A stretch of DNA of 63,440 nt, filler included. It is 8 parts of 8 records of this genome, joined end to end, with 100 filler letters (N's around TTAATTAATTAA, not from the genome) between each part and the next. Parts side by side here need not be neighbours in the genome. Positions count along the whole stretch, not along the records: positions 15,205 to 28,196 come from SRR31156797_9240; 7 more parts are not named here. The stretch is one strand, 5' to 3'. Shown here in pieces: positions 18,981 through 28,296 of this stretch. Below the pieces are notes generated by a model that searched no databases, had not been told where the DNA came from, and saw nothing but the letters and a program-made list of their open reading frames with translations. The translations under genes and the position numbers were made by a program. Each line of letters opens with the position of its first letter. Within the stretch, counting starts at the first letter, position 1.

Positions 18981-20294
18981 CTAAAAAATGGCTTGATCAA
19001 TTTTCTTTAAATCTTCTAAAGAGTGAACCATCATCAAGTACTCAACGTAATATCCCATAAACTCTTGAATATTTTTTACAAATTCATAACGAATCTCATA
19101 CATTTTATATTCAGCATCTAAAAGATCTGTTGTATTTTTTAAACCATTTTCAAAACCAATTTTTATAAACTCTAAATAGGTTTTTGATGAGTCATATGCA
19201 TCTTCATATACTTTCATACTATTTGAAGATGCTTCTAATTTTGTTATAGTCTCATCAAAAGCTAATTCTAATTCTTTTTTTGTAGCTTCAAGATCCTCAT
19301 ACGAAGCTTTATTACGAAGCTTTAATGATTGTACTCTAGAATAAGTTGCTCCACCTTGATACAGTGGGATTTTTAAACTTACAATAACTCTTGATAAGTT
19401 TTCATAATCTACACCAATATCATCTGAAACATATTTTGTATATTGTGCATTTAAATCAAGTTTTGGATAGAAAGCACTTTTTGCATTATCAATCTCATCA
19501 GAGGTAAGAGCAATAGTCTTTTTTGCCTGTAAATATTTTAAGTTTTTATTTAACATTTCCTCTTTATTTGTAACAAATAAAAGCTTGTCAAAAGTATTTA
19601 CATTAAACCTTTCTACATCTAATGAAGGTAACTCAATATCATCTAGTTCAACATATTTTTTTAGTGAAGTGAGATATGATTGAAATATTTTTTTCTCTTT
19701 TTCTAAGTCTATTTTTGATCTATTGTATTCTACTTGTGCTTTTAAAAGCTCCATCTTATCTGTAAGTTTCATCTCAAAACGTTTTTGCAAAGTATTAAGC
19801 TGCACTTGAGTAAGTTTTACTTTTACTTTGAGTAGATCAATTTTATTCTTTGAATCTAAAGTTATAAAATAACTTGTTAATGCTTTTTGAAGTATCCCAT
19901 CTATTTCAGACTTCATCTGAACTTCATTTAATTCATATCTAGTCTCTTCTAGACTCAATTTAGAATATATTTCATAATCAAACAAAGATTGATTCACTCT
20001 CAATGTATAATCAAGTGAATCTTCTGATTTAAGTTTATCAATAGGATTTTGTAACTTATTAATCTCATAATTAACCTTATTCATATCAATTGAGGCATTT
20101 ACTTGTGGATAAAGTCTAGACCAAACCTGTTCAATATCCTCTTTTTTCGATTCTAATTGTAATTGTGTTGACTTGATCTTATTTGAATTTTGACTTACCA
20201 ATTCATACAATGAAAAAGGAGTAAGAACTTCCCCTTTCAAAGATACTAACGTTAGTACTAATCCAAGTACAATATTTGAATATCTATTCTTCAT
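18981..20294 (-). CDS. tolC: TolC-family outer membrane protein of T1SS (SapF/PrtF-like)
   Basis: Signal peptide, two OEP repeats (LYPQVN, FYPKLDL, IPLYQGG). Confidence 0.9.
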   Translation of the reverse strand: MKNRYSNIVLGLVLTLVSLKGEVLTPFSLYELVSQNSNKIKSTQLQLESKKEDIEQVWSRLYPQVNASIDMNKVNYEINKLQNPIDKLKSEDSLDYTLRVNQSLFDYEIYSKLSLEETRYELNEVQMKSEIDGILQKALTSYFITLDSKNKIDLLKVKVKLTQVQLNTLQKRFEMKLTDKMELLKAQVEYNRSKIDLEKEKKIFQSYLTSLKKYVELDDIELPSLDVERFNVNTFDKLLFVTNKEEMLNKNLKYLQAKKTIALTSDEIDNAKSAFYPKLDLNAQYTKYVSDDIGVDYENLSRVIVSLKIPLYQGGATYSRVQSLKLRNKASYEDLEATKKELELAFDETITKLEASSNSMKVYEDAYDSSKTYLEFIKIGFENGLKNTTDLLDAEYKMYEIRYEFVKNIQEFMGYYVEYLMMVHSLEDLKKIDQAIF

Positions 20295-21579
20295 TAAATC
20301 CCCTTGTTATCATATCTGTAAATGGTTTTACGAAATAACTAAGAGGTGTTCTTTCACCTATGTTTATCATTACTTCAGCTGGCATACCAGAGACTAAATT
20401 AAAATTATAATCTCTTAACTGTTTCTCTCCATGTTTTGTAACTTCAACTTTAGCTTCATAATAAGGCATCCCTGTTGCTTCATCTATAAAACTATCTGCT
20501 GAAACATGAATCACTTTTCCTTCAATTACATGAGCTTGATTCATATTAAATGCTGAAAATCTCACATCAGCAGTAAGTCCTGTTGTAACTTTATCTATAT
20601 CAGTCGTTTGGACTTTTGCTAAAACCATTAGTTGTGAATTCTCAGGTACAATTTCTAATATTTGTTTTCCTGGTGCTATTACACCTCCAACTGTATGAAT
20701 ATCTAAACCTACTACAACACCATCAATTGGTGATATTATTTTAGTTCTTACTAATTTATCTTCTGTTGCTATTATTTTAGACTTTATATCAGATAGTCTA
20801 GATTTAGTTTCAGCCAAATAATTTAAAGTTTCTTTTTTAAACTCTTTTTCACGTAATAATTGTTGGGTTTTTGTTTCTTCAATCTGCTCTTTTGTTTTAG
20901 CAATTTCTGATTTAGCTTTTGAGATATCACCGGCGAGAGTATTTTTTTCCCTTTTTAATTCTCGAATTCTTACTTTATCTACAAGTTGTTCTTTAAATAA
21001 TATTTCTAATTCAACAATCTCCTCATCTAAAGAAGCTAATCTATTTTGTTTACTGTCTATAAGTGATTCTATCCCTTCTACTTGATTCATAAGTTGCTCG
21101 ATTTTATTTTTTGTGATTGCTTTTTCATCTTCTTGAGATCTTTTTGTATTATAAAAAGTATCTTTTTGATTCATAATCACTTTTTGATCTGTTAATTCAG
21201 CAGGAAATTCAATATTTTCTAATTCTTTATCTTGTGCTTGCAATCTTACATAAAGACCTAAAATATCTTGATACTGACTTTTATAAATATTTAATTGTGA
21301 TTTAATTTGTACCTCTTCAAGCTTAATTAATACATCACCTTTTTTAACTTTATCACCATCTTTTACAAATATTTCATCAACTATTCCACCCTCTAGGTGT
21401 TGTATAGTTTTTTTATCTAAATCGGCAGATACTGTACCTACAGCAACAGATGATGCTGCTAATGGTGCATATGCACTCCAACCTCCAATTAAACCAAAAA
21501 CTATAAATAAAACACCAAATCCAAACTTTATTACTTTTGAAGCATCAGATGATGGCATACTTACTTGTTTATTTTCCAT
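20284..21579 (-). CDS. prtE: HlyD-family T1SS membrane fusion protein (SapE/PrtE-like)
   Basis: KTIQHLEGGIVDEIFVKDGD, ISPIDGVV, GMPAEV..GERT. Confidence 0.95.
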   Translation of the reverse strand: MENKQVSMPSSDASKVIKFGFGVLFIVFGLIGGWSAYAPLAASSVAVGTVSADLDKKTIQHLEGGIVDEIFVKDGDKVKKGDVLIKLEEVQIKSQLNIYKSQYQDILGLYVRLQAQDKELENIEFPAELTDQKVIMNQKDTFYNTKRSQEDEKAITKNKIEQLMNQVEGIESLIDSKQNRLASLDEEIVELEILFKEQLVDKVRIRELKREKNTLAGDISKAKSEIAKTKEQIEETKTQQLLREKEFKKETLNYLAETKSRLSDIKSKIIATEDKLVRTKIISPIDGVVVGLDIHTVGGVIAPGKQILEIVPENSQLMVLAKVQTTDIDKVTTGLTADVRFSAFNMNQAHVIEGKVIHVSADSFIDEATGMPYYEAKVEVTKHGEKQLRDYNFNLVSGMPAEVMINIGERTPLSYFVKPFTDMITRGFNEE

Positions 21580-21582
21580 CTA

Positions 21583-23355
21583 TTAACTCCCTGGCTTACT
21601 TAGCGAAATTTTTGGTTGCTGATTAGGCATTTGTTTAGGCTGCTGTTTTTGTTGTGTATTAGCTGCAGAAAGTTTAGATAATATCTCTTTCGTATCACCA
21701 TACATTTCTAAAACTCCTTGTTTCATAACTGCTAATTTATTTGTTACTTGTAAGATACTTGGTCTATGAGTGATTAGTACTACTGTTGTATTTGAAGCTT
21801 TTAATGACTCAATTGCCTTTACTAAAAGTAATTCTCCTTGTTCATCTAAATTAGAATTTGGTTCATCTAAAACTACTAAAACTGGATTATCATAAATCGC
21901 TCTTGCAAATCCAACTCTTTGTCTTTGTCCACCAGAAAGAGAGGTACCACCCGTACCAATAACTGTATCATATCCATCAGGAAGTCTTAATATCATTTCA
22001 TGAACTCCAGCTTTTTGTGCCGCATCAACTACTTTTTGAGAATCTACCTCATTAAATCTTGCAATATTTTGAGCGATTGTTCCTTCAAATAACTCAATAT
22101 CTTGAGGAAGATAACCAATAAACTTTCCAAGATCTTGCTTATCCCATTGATAAATATCAGCTTTATCTAATCGAACCTTTCCTTGAACTAATGGCCACAG
22201 TCCTAATATTACACGTGCTAAACTTGATTTTCCTGCAGCACTTGGGCCAATAATACCAACAACATCCCCTGCATCTATTTTCATTGAGATCCCTTTTAAT
22301 GAAGGGTTTTGTGCTCCAGGAGGGATTAAGGCAACTTGTTCTAAAAGAATTTCTCCTTTTGGTTCAGGTAGCTGCATATATTCTTTATCTTTAGGAAACT
22401 CATCTAAAAGCTCATTTAATCTACCATATGATGTTCTTGCACTACTAAAACCTTTCCAGCTATTAATAATGAGATCAAGGGGAGCTAAAGCTCTACCCAT
22501 AATAATTGATCCAGCAATCATCATACCTGGACTTACTTCCATCTGAATTGCTAAATATCCACCAAGCCCTAATATTAAAGATTGAAACAACATTCTTGTA
22601 CTTTTTGAGACATTAGACCAAATACCTGCTTTATTACTTGCATCATTTTGAGCATTTAAAAAACCAAAATATTTCTCTTGCCAGTTACCTCTAATAGCAT
22701 TTTTCATACCCATTGCATTTACAACTTCTGCATTTCTCAAATTTCCATCAACATATAAAGTAGAAGATCTATTTAATCCATTTGCTTCTTGTAGTTTTTC
22801 TTTCGTAGAATACTCATTAATAATGGTAAAACATACTAAAACAATTGCTGCAAAAATTGCAAAATATCCAAACATTGGATGAAAAAGGAAGAGAACTGCT
22901 ATATAAATTGGAATCCAAGGTGCATCAAAAAAGGCAAATAATCCATTTCCTGTCATAAATTGTCGTATTTGAGTAAGATCTGACAATGGCATTGATGAAG
23001 CTTTTCCTGGATGTTTATTTGCTAATTCAAATAATGAATCAAATATTCTTTGACTTAATATACTATCAAGTTTATTTCCAACTTTGACTAAAATTTTTGA
23101 CCGTACTATCTCCAAAAGAGCCATAGTAATAAATAGAACAACTACTATCCCTGTCAACATAACTAAAGTATCTTCACTTCTACTTGTTAAAACTCTATCA
23201 TATAACTGTAACATATAAAGTGGTGGTACTAACATTAATAAGTTAATAAATAAACTAAAAAAACCAACTACAAAAAATGATTTTTTTGAAGCTAAAATAG
23301 CGCTTTTAAGCTCACTTTGTTGTTCTTCTTTTTTATTTTGTTTCATTTTGGCCAT
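21583..23355 (-). CDS. prtD: T1SS permease/ATPase (SapD/PrtD-like, no C39 domain)
   Basis: YMLQLYDRVL, FFDAPW, GPSAAGKS Walker A, LSGGQRQR, VLDEPNSNLD. Confidence 0.97.
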   Translation of the reverse strand: MAKMKQNKKEEQQSELKSAILASKKSFFVVGFFSLFINLLMLVPPLYMLQLYDRVLTSRSEDTLVMLTGIVVVLFITMALLEIVRSKILVKVGNKLDSILSQRIFDSLFELANKHPGKASSMPLSDLTQIRQFMTGNGLFAFFDAPWIPIYIAVLFLFHPMFGYFAIFAAIVLVCFTIINEYSTKEKLQEANGLNRSSTLYVDGNLRNAEVVNAMGMKNAIRGNWQEKYFGFLNAQNDASNKAGIWSNVSKSTRMLFQSLILGLGGYLAIQMEVSPGMMIAGSIIMGRALAPLDLIINSWKGFSSARTSYGRLNELLDEFPKDKEYMQLPEPKGEILLEQVALIPPGAQNPSLKGISMKIDAGDVVGIIGPSAAGKSSLARVILGLWPLVQGKVRLDKADIYQWDKQDLGKFIGYLPQDIELFEGTIAQNIARFNEVDSQKVVDAAQKAGVHEMILRLPDGYDTVIGTGGTSLSGGQRQRVGFARAIYDNPVLVVLDEPNSNLDEQGELLLVKAIESLKASNTTVVLITHRPSILQVTNKLAVMKQGVLEMYGDTKEILSKLSAANTQQKQQPKQMPNQQPKISLSKPGS

Positions 23356-23372
23356 ATGGCTTTCCTTGTTTT

Positions 23373-24749
23373 TTATTGTTGCTTTTGACTAGCTAAATTA
23401 AATAATGTATTAATATTATCTAATGATTTCATATGAAGATTAAGAATGTCTATAATTCCACGTCTTACCCATGAAGCTAAAATATCATCACTTAATTCAT
23501 TAAGCTTATCTTTATCAACTACTTTAAATCCATTTACTAAAACTTTCTTTTCTTCATCTTCTCCCACAGAGATTTCTCTCTCCTCTAAAATACCACTTTT
23601 TACAATCTCATTTACAAACTGTTGAGTAATAGTTGCCTGTTGCTCATTTTTTTGTAAAAAATCTATTGCATGGGTTAATAGTTCAGAACGCTCTCCATCA
23701 TTTGTAAAAAGTTCTTTCCCCTCTGATTGAGAAACCAAAGAAGAATCTTCATCAATCATAATTAATCTTTGTTCTGGGTTTTCTTTTGTAGCTGCTAAAG
23801 AAAATGGGTATTTTCTTAAAAAACTTGGTACATAAGGAGTTATCCACTTACCTTCATTATTAATTGCTAAACTTCCACTTCCTCCAAGAGAAACTATAGA
23901 AATAAGTGATGCATTCTCATCTGCTGTAAATACAACAGGAAATGATGATGCAATATGAGCTACCTCTCCTATAGTTACAGGAATAAATGGTGTATTTCTA
24001 GCAAAATCAAGGTTTTCTAATGACTTTACTTTTAAATTTTTGTGTTTTTCTTTGTCTAATATCTGTAAATTTTTATACATTTTTGTTGTTTCCTTTTTGG
24101 GTTTTTTAGGTCGTCCTCTTTTTTGTTCGGAAAGTATCATATTTAAACTTTGTTCTAGCTTTTCAATAAATTCCTTACTCCCTGTTACAGTTTGTTTTTC
24201 TAGTGAGTTTTCAATAAAAGAATAATCTTTAGATGTAATACTTTGAGTCACTTGTTTATATTTTTGAAGTCTTTCTTTTTGAGTATATCCCAAATCTTTG
24301 TACATCTGATGATAAGATACTATTTTATCTTCTTTATCAAGACAATTTTTTTCTTTGCTTGACAGTATATTTGTACTGAAACTTTCAATATAACTCATAA
24401 CACTAAAAAGATAATTTTTAGCTTCCACTATAGAAGACTTATATCTTCCTTCCCAAATTGTTCCTTTACGCTGGTATTGTTTATTATAATATACTGTATA
24501 TTGCCGACATAGTTTTTGCATAAACTTCGGTATCGTATCTACTGTTGCGGGTGTTGCAACAAAACTAAATGATACTTTATCTAAAGAATATGAATGAATG
24601 TCCAATAAAACTTCTTTCATTAGATCATATACTAATTGTACAAATACTTTATAGTCATTTTCACTATTAAATAAAATAATTGAATCAATACTTTGCACCT
24701 TCACATGTGCAGGAACATCTTGTATGAAAACTCTTAACTTTCTAGCCAA
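23373..24749 (-). CDS. sapC: Fusion of an inactivated REP-associated tyrosine transposase (RAYT) domain to a SapC-family domain
   Basis: Likely TTG start at 24749 after AAGGA (MARKLR); GTIWEGRYKS..YIE and RGRPKK RAYT motifs; C-terminal 235 aa has YVPSFLRKYPF, SapC-like. Confidence 0.85.
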   Translation of the reverse strand: MARKLRVFIQDVPAHVKVQSIDSIILFNSENDYKVFVQLVYDLMKEVLLDIHSYSLDKVSFSFVATPATVDTIPKFMQKLCRQYTVYYNKQYQRKGTIWEGRYKSSIVEAKNYLFSVMSYIESFSTNILSSKEKNCLDKEDKIVSYHQMYKDLGYTQKERLQKYKQVTQSITSKDYSFIENSLEKQTVTGSKEFIEKLEQSLNMILSEQKRGRPKKPKKETTKMYKNLQILDKEKHKNLKVKSLENLDFARNTPFIPVTIGEVAHIASSFPVVFTADENASLISIVSLGGSGSLAINNEGKWITPYVPSFLRKYPFSLAATKENPEQRLIMIDEDSSLVSQSEGKELFTNDGERSELLTHAIDFLQKNEQQATITQQFVNEIVKSGILEEREISVGEDEEKKVLVNGFKVVDKDKLNELSDDILASWVRRGIIDILNLHMKSLDNINTLFNLASQKQQ

Positions 24750-24950
24750 ATCTATCCTTAACTCAAAATATATTGTAATCATACACTATTTTTATTTAAA
24801 TTAAATTTAATCCGATACTATTTTATAAAAATAAAATTGGTGCCATATTAAATACATCTAATAAAACTTACTAATTTATACTGATGAAAATATTGACAAC
24901 AGTATGACATAGCTTTTAAATATAATAAAAAATTCACTAAAGGATTTAAA

Positions 24951-25610
24951 ATGTCTATAGTCACTACTTGTAGCCTAGATAAACAAACTATTTTATATGA
25001 AAAGATAAGTAAAGACCTCCAAAACTTATTTACAAATAACACTTCTAAAGAAACGCTTGCAAAACTTACAAAGGATATCTCCTTACTTGTTTCTTCTATA
25101 CTAGAAAAGAACTTCACTCTTTCTTCTTTTTTATCTATTTTAAATGATATCTATTATACCCATACTCATTCACTTAATGTAAGTGTTTATGCTATATGTC
25201 TTGGAAAACATATGGGGCTTAGTCAAAGTCTCCTTGAAGATCTTGCTTTATCAGCTTTATTACACGATATTGGAAAAAGTAAAATTAGTGAAGATATTTT
25301 ATATAAAAAAGGAAAACTTACCCAAAAAGAGTTTTTAGAGGTTTCAAAGCACTCTTTGTATGGATGGGAGATACTTAAAAACATAGGTATAGATAATGGA
25401 AATATTTTAAGAGGGGTTAGAAATCATCATGAAAAACTTGATGGAAGTGGATATCCTGATGCTTTAAAAGGTTCCCAGATACATTTATTTGCTAGAATCA
25501 TTGGTCTTTGTGATGTTTTTGATGCATTATCTACTCAAAAAAAACACCAGGATTCATTTAGTTCTTTTGAAACTCTTCAACTAATGAAACTAGAAATGAA
25601 AAATCCCTAA
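24951..25610 (+). CDS. HD-GYP domain phosphodiesterase
   Basis: THSLNV, LHDIGK, HHEKLDGSGYP, CDVFDAL. Confidence 0.93.
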   Translation: MSIVTTCSLDKQTILYEKISKDLQNLFTNNTSKETLAKLTKDISLLVSSILEKNFTLSSFLSILNDIYYTHTHSLNVSVYAICLGKHMGLSQSLLEDLALSALLHDIGKSKISEDILYKKGKLTQKEFLEVSKHSLYGWEILKNIGIDNGNILRGVRNHHEKLDGSGYPDALKGSQIHLFARIIGLCDVFDALSTQKKHQDSFSSFETLQLMKLEMKNP

Positions 25611-25668
25611 AGATATTATTGTTTCTTGTTATGAAGTAGGATATAAAATAGTTATTGAATAATCTTAT

Positions 25669-26574
25669 TTAGTATTGTATTTGATTCAAACAATGGTTTA
25701 TAGCAACCCCTTCTCGTAACCCATCATCAAATACAATTGATTCAGTCAACCCAAGAACTTCAAAGAAAAGTAAATAGATGGATATTCCAGAATCTATATA
25801 ATCATCTCTACCACTTCCAACCTCTTTTATTAACTCATCTTTTGATAAGGATTGAAGATACTCTTTTCTTAATTGTATCTCTTGTTTATTTAAAAGAGTT
25901 CCATTGACTATAGTTTTATCATAGGTTTTATAATTGAGTCCATGTTTTAATGCGGCTAAGGTGGTTGGAGTCCCTGCAGTACTTATAAAGATACAATCTT
26001 CTTTTTTTAAATGTTTTATAAATGTTTCTATCTCTTGCTTGAAACTTTCAAGCTCTTTTTGTTTATCTATAGATTGAGAAAGTGTCACAATACCATAGGA
26101 AAAACTTTTTAAAAGTGTTTGCTCTTTTTCACAATAGATCAGTTCAGTGGAACCTCCCCCTATATCCAATAAAAAAAACTTTTCTGTTTGAATATTTTCT
26201 CTTTTTAAAGCATACCTCATAGCTAAAAGAGTAAGCTTTGCTTCAATCTCCCCATCAATTATTTGAAATAAAACTCCTGTAAGGGCTTGTAGTTTTTGGA
26301 TCACCTCTTTTGAGTTTTTTGCTTTTCTCATCGCTTGAGTAGTAACTGCTATTGCAGATTTTGGATCATATTGAAGTCTTTGTATACTTTTATCAATAGC
26401 ATCAAGTACTCTTTGTATCGCTTCATCTGAAATTTTTCCAGTAGAGGTAAGACCATCAGCTAAACCAACTGTTGTTTCAAACTCTCCCACAGTTTTTTGA
26501 CTGTCACAATCATATTGTAAAACACGGAAGGAGTTTGAGCCTAAATCAATAGAGGTAATAACGCCAAAGTTCAT
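25669..26574 (-). CDS. ppx: Ppx/GppA exopolyphosphatase family protein
   Basis: IDLGSNSFR, DIGGGSTE, GLREG. Confidence 0.93.
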   Translation of the reverse strand: MNFGVITSIDLGSNSFRVLQYDCDSQKTVGEFETTVGLADGLTSTGKISDEAIQRVLDAIDKSIQRLQYDPKSAIAVTTQAMRKAKNSKEVIQKLQALTGVLFQIIDGEIEAKLTLLAMRYALKRENIQTEKFFLLDIGGGSTELIYCEKEQTLLKSFSYGIVTLSQSIDKQKELESFKQEIETFIKHLKKEDCIFISTAGTPTTLAALKHGLNYKTYDKTIVNGTLLNKQEIQLRKEYLQSLSKDELIKEVGSGRDDYIDSGISIYLLFFEVLGLTESIVFDDGLREGVAINHCLNQIQY

Positions 26575-26704
26575 AATATCCCTTTTTTTGGAGTAAATAT
26601 GAAGTGTATCAAAAAAATAATTAATATATTTTTATGATAAGTATGTTACAATTGCTTAAGGTGGTTAAGAGGTTTAACCGCATTTTCAACACAAGGAGTA
26701 CACG

Positions 26705-27244
26705 ATGAATACAAGTATCGTAGGAAGACATGTAAAACTAACAGATGATTTAAAATTACATGTAGAAAGTACAATTGACACTTTCAAAAAATATAATTTA
26801 GATATTATTTCAGTAAATGCAATAATCTCACAAGAACAAAAACATGGAAAAAATTTAATAACTTTTGAATACGTTTTAAATGTAGCAAACATTGATACAG
26901 TTGTCGTAAAACAAAAAGATAAAGACCTTCATGCGGCAATCGATATTGCAACTGATAGAGTATGTAAGATTTTAAGAAGACATGCAGATAAAGTAAAATC
27001 TCATGATGCTACTAGCTTAAGTGATCTAGCAATTGCAGAAGAAGAAGATTCTATTGCAAAAGAGTTAGAAAAATTTGATAATGAGATTGTACCTATGAAA
27101 CTAGAATCTTATAAACCAATTGAGATCGAAGAAGCGTTAAATGATCTAAAAGGTTCAGAGGAGATCTTTAAAGTATTCTATGATATGGATGATAACTTTA
27201 GAGTTCTTTATAAAATGAAAGATGGACATTTTGGTCTTTATTAA
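26705..27244 (+). CDS. hpf: Ribosome hibernation promoting factor (long HPF/RaiA)
   Basis: IVGRHVKLTDDLK..DLHAAID, C-terminal S30AE domain (F.VF..VLYK..DGHFGL). Confidence 0.95.
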   Translation: MNTSIVGRHVKLTDDLKLHVESTIDTFKKYNLDIISVNAIISQEQKHGKNLITFEYVLNVANIDTVVVKQKDKDLHAAIDIATDRVCKILRRHADKVKSHDATSLSDLAIAEEEDSIAKELEKFDNEIVPMKLESYKPIEIEEALNDLKGSEEIFKVFYDMDDNFRVLYKMKDGHFGLY

Positions 27245-27265
27245 TTAATACCTTTCATAATTTCT

Positions 27266-27298
27266 AAAAAGGGGCTGGGTTTTCCAGCCCCTTTTTTT
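27266..27298 (+). terminator. Rho-independent terminator after hpf
   Basis: AAAAAGGGGCTGG-GTTTT-CCAGCCCC-TTTTTTT. Confidence 0.92.
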
Positions 27299-27414
27299 AT
27301 TTCTAATTATTTCATTTTGATAATCTGTATTTATTAATATATTTATAATTAATATCCCTATATAATAGAACAAATGGAAAATATTTATCCATTAAAACTC
27401 AAAAGGAATTACTA

Positions 27415-28074
27415 ATGAAAAAATATGAATCATACAAATGTCCAAAATGTGGAAACGTAATAGAAGTACAAGAAGTTGGTGGTGGAACTTTAGTATGTTG
27501 TGGTGTAGATATGGAATGTATCACTGAAAACTTAACTGCGGTAAATCTTATGAAAGCATTTGCTGGTGAATCACAAGCTAGAAATAAATATGAATTTTTT
27601 GCAGATGTTGCATTTGAGCAAGGATATCATAGAATCGCTAGATTTTTACAAGAAGCAGCAGATAATGAGAAATACCATGCAATGGCTGAGTTTAAAGCAT
27701 ATAATAAATTAGTAAACGATTTTGAATTTGATACAACTGCTAAAAACTTAGTATATGCAGCTGAGGGTGAAAAATACGAACATGAAATTATGTATCCAGA
27801 GTTTGAAGAGATCGCTAAAGAAGAGGGTCTAAAAGAGATCGCTAGAATGTTCAAAGCAATTGGAAAAGTTGAAGTTGAGCATGAAAGAGAATATAGAGAA
27901 CTTCTTGATGCACTTGAAGCTGAGGGATTCTTTGAAAGTGATGAAGATGAAGAGTGGGTATGTGAAGTATGTGGTCATGTTCATCGTGGGAAAAAAGCTC
28001 CAGGAGCCTGTCCATTATGTAGAGTAGATAAAGAGTATTTCAAAAAAAGAAATAGTGACGTTACAGTTGGATAA
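27415..28074 (+). CDS. rrc: Desulforubrerythrin (desulforedoxin + rubrerythrin + rubredoxin domains)
   Basis: YKCPKCGN..LVCCG; AFAGESQARNKY, EKYH, EVEHE diiron motifs; WVCEVCGH..CPLC. Confidence 0.93.
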   Translation: MKKYESYKCPKCGNVIEVQEVGGGTLVCCGVDMECITENLTAVNLMKAFAGESQARNKYEFFADVAFEQGYHRIARFLQEAADNEKYHAMAEFKAYNKLVNDFEFDTTAKNLVYAAEGEKYEHEIMYPEFEEIAKEEGLKEIARMFKAIGKVEVEHEREYRELLDALEAEGFFESDEDEEWVCEVCGHVHRGKKAPGACPLCRVDKEYFKKRNSDVTVG

Positions 28075-28094
28075 AAGAGTTTATCTCTTTTATC
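28070..28094. terminator. Bidirectional terminator-like hairpin
   Basis: GATAAAAGAG-TTTAT-CTCTTTTATC between convergent genes. Confidence 0.65.
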
Positions 28095-28106
28095 TTATCC
28101 TGTTAA

Positions 28107-28196
28107 CTAAGCAACCCAAATTCGTAATAACTTACAAACTTCATTGAATCTTCTCTCACCTAATTGATTTTTTGCTTCTTTTTTAGATGCTGTACA
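28107..28196 (-). CDS. 3' end of a hypothetical protein (5' truncated)
   Basis: Open frame ..TASKKEAKNQLGERRFNEVCKLLRIWVA* ending at the shared terminator. Confidence 0.5.
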   Translation of the reverse strand, partial: CTASKKEAKNQLGERRFNEVCKLLRIWVA

Positions 28197-28296
28197 NNNN
28201 NNNNNNNNNNNNNNNNNNNNNNNNNNNNNNNNNNNNNNNNTTAATTAATTAANNNNNNNNNNNNNNNNNNNNNNNNNNNNNNNNNNNNNNNNNNNN
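28197..28296. other. Artificial contig linker
   Basis: N-run/TTAATTAATTAA/N-run. Confidence 0.99.

Noticed and set aside
24081-24749. Active IS200/RAYT transposon
   Set aside because: HUH motif lost, no stop codon, no flanking REP or IS-end hairpins
24831-24845. Sigma-54 promoter for the sapC operon (TGGCAC on the minus strand)
   Set aside because: The -12 element reads TTAT instead of TTGC
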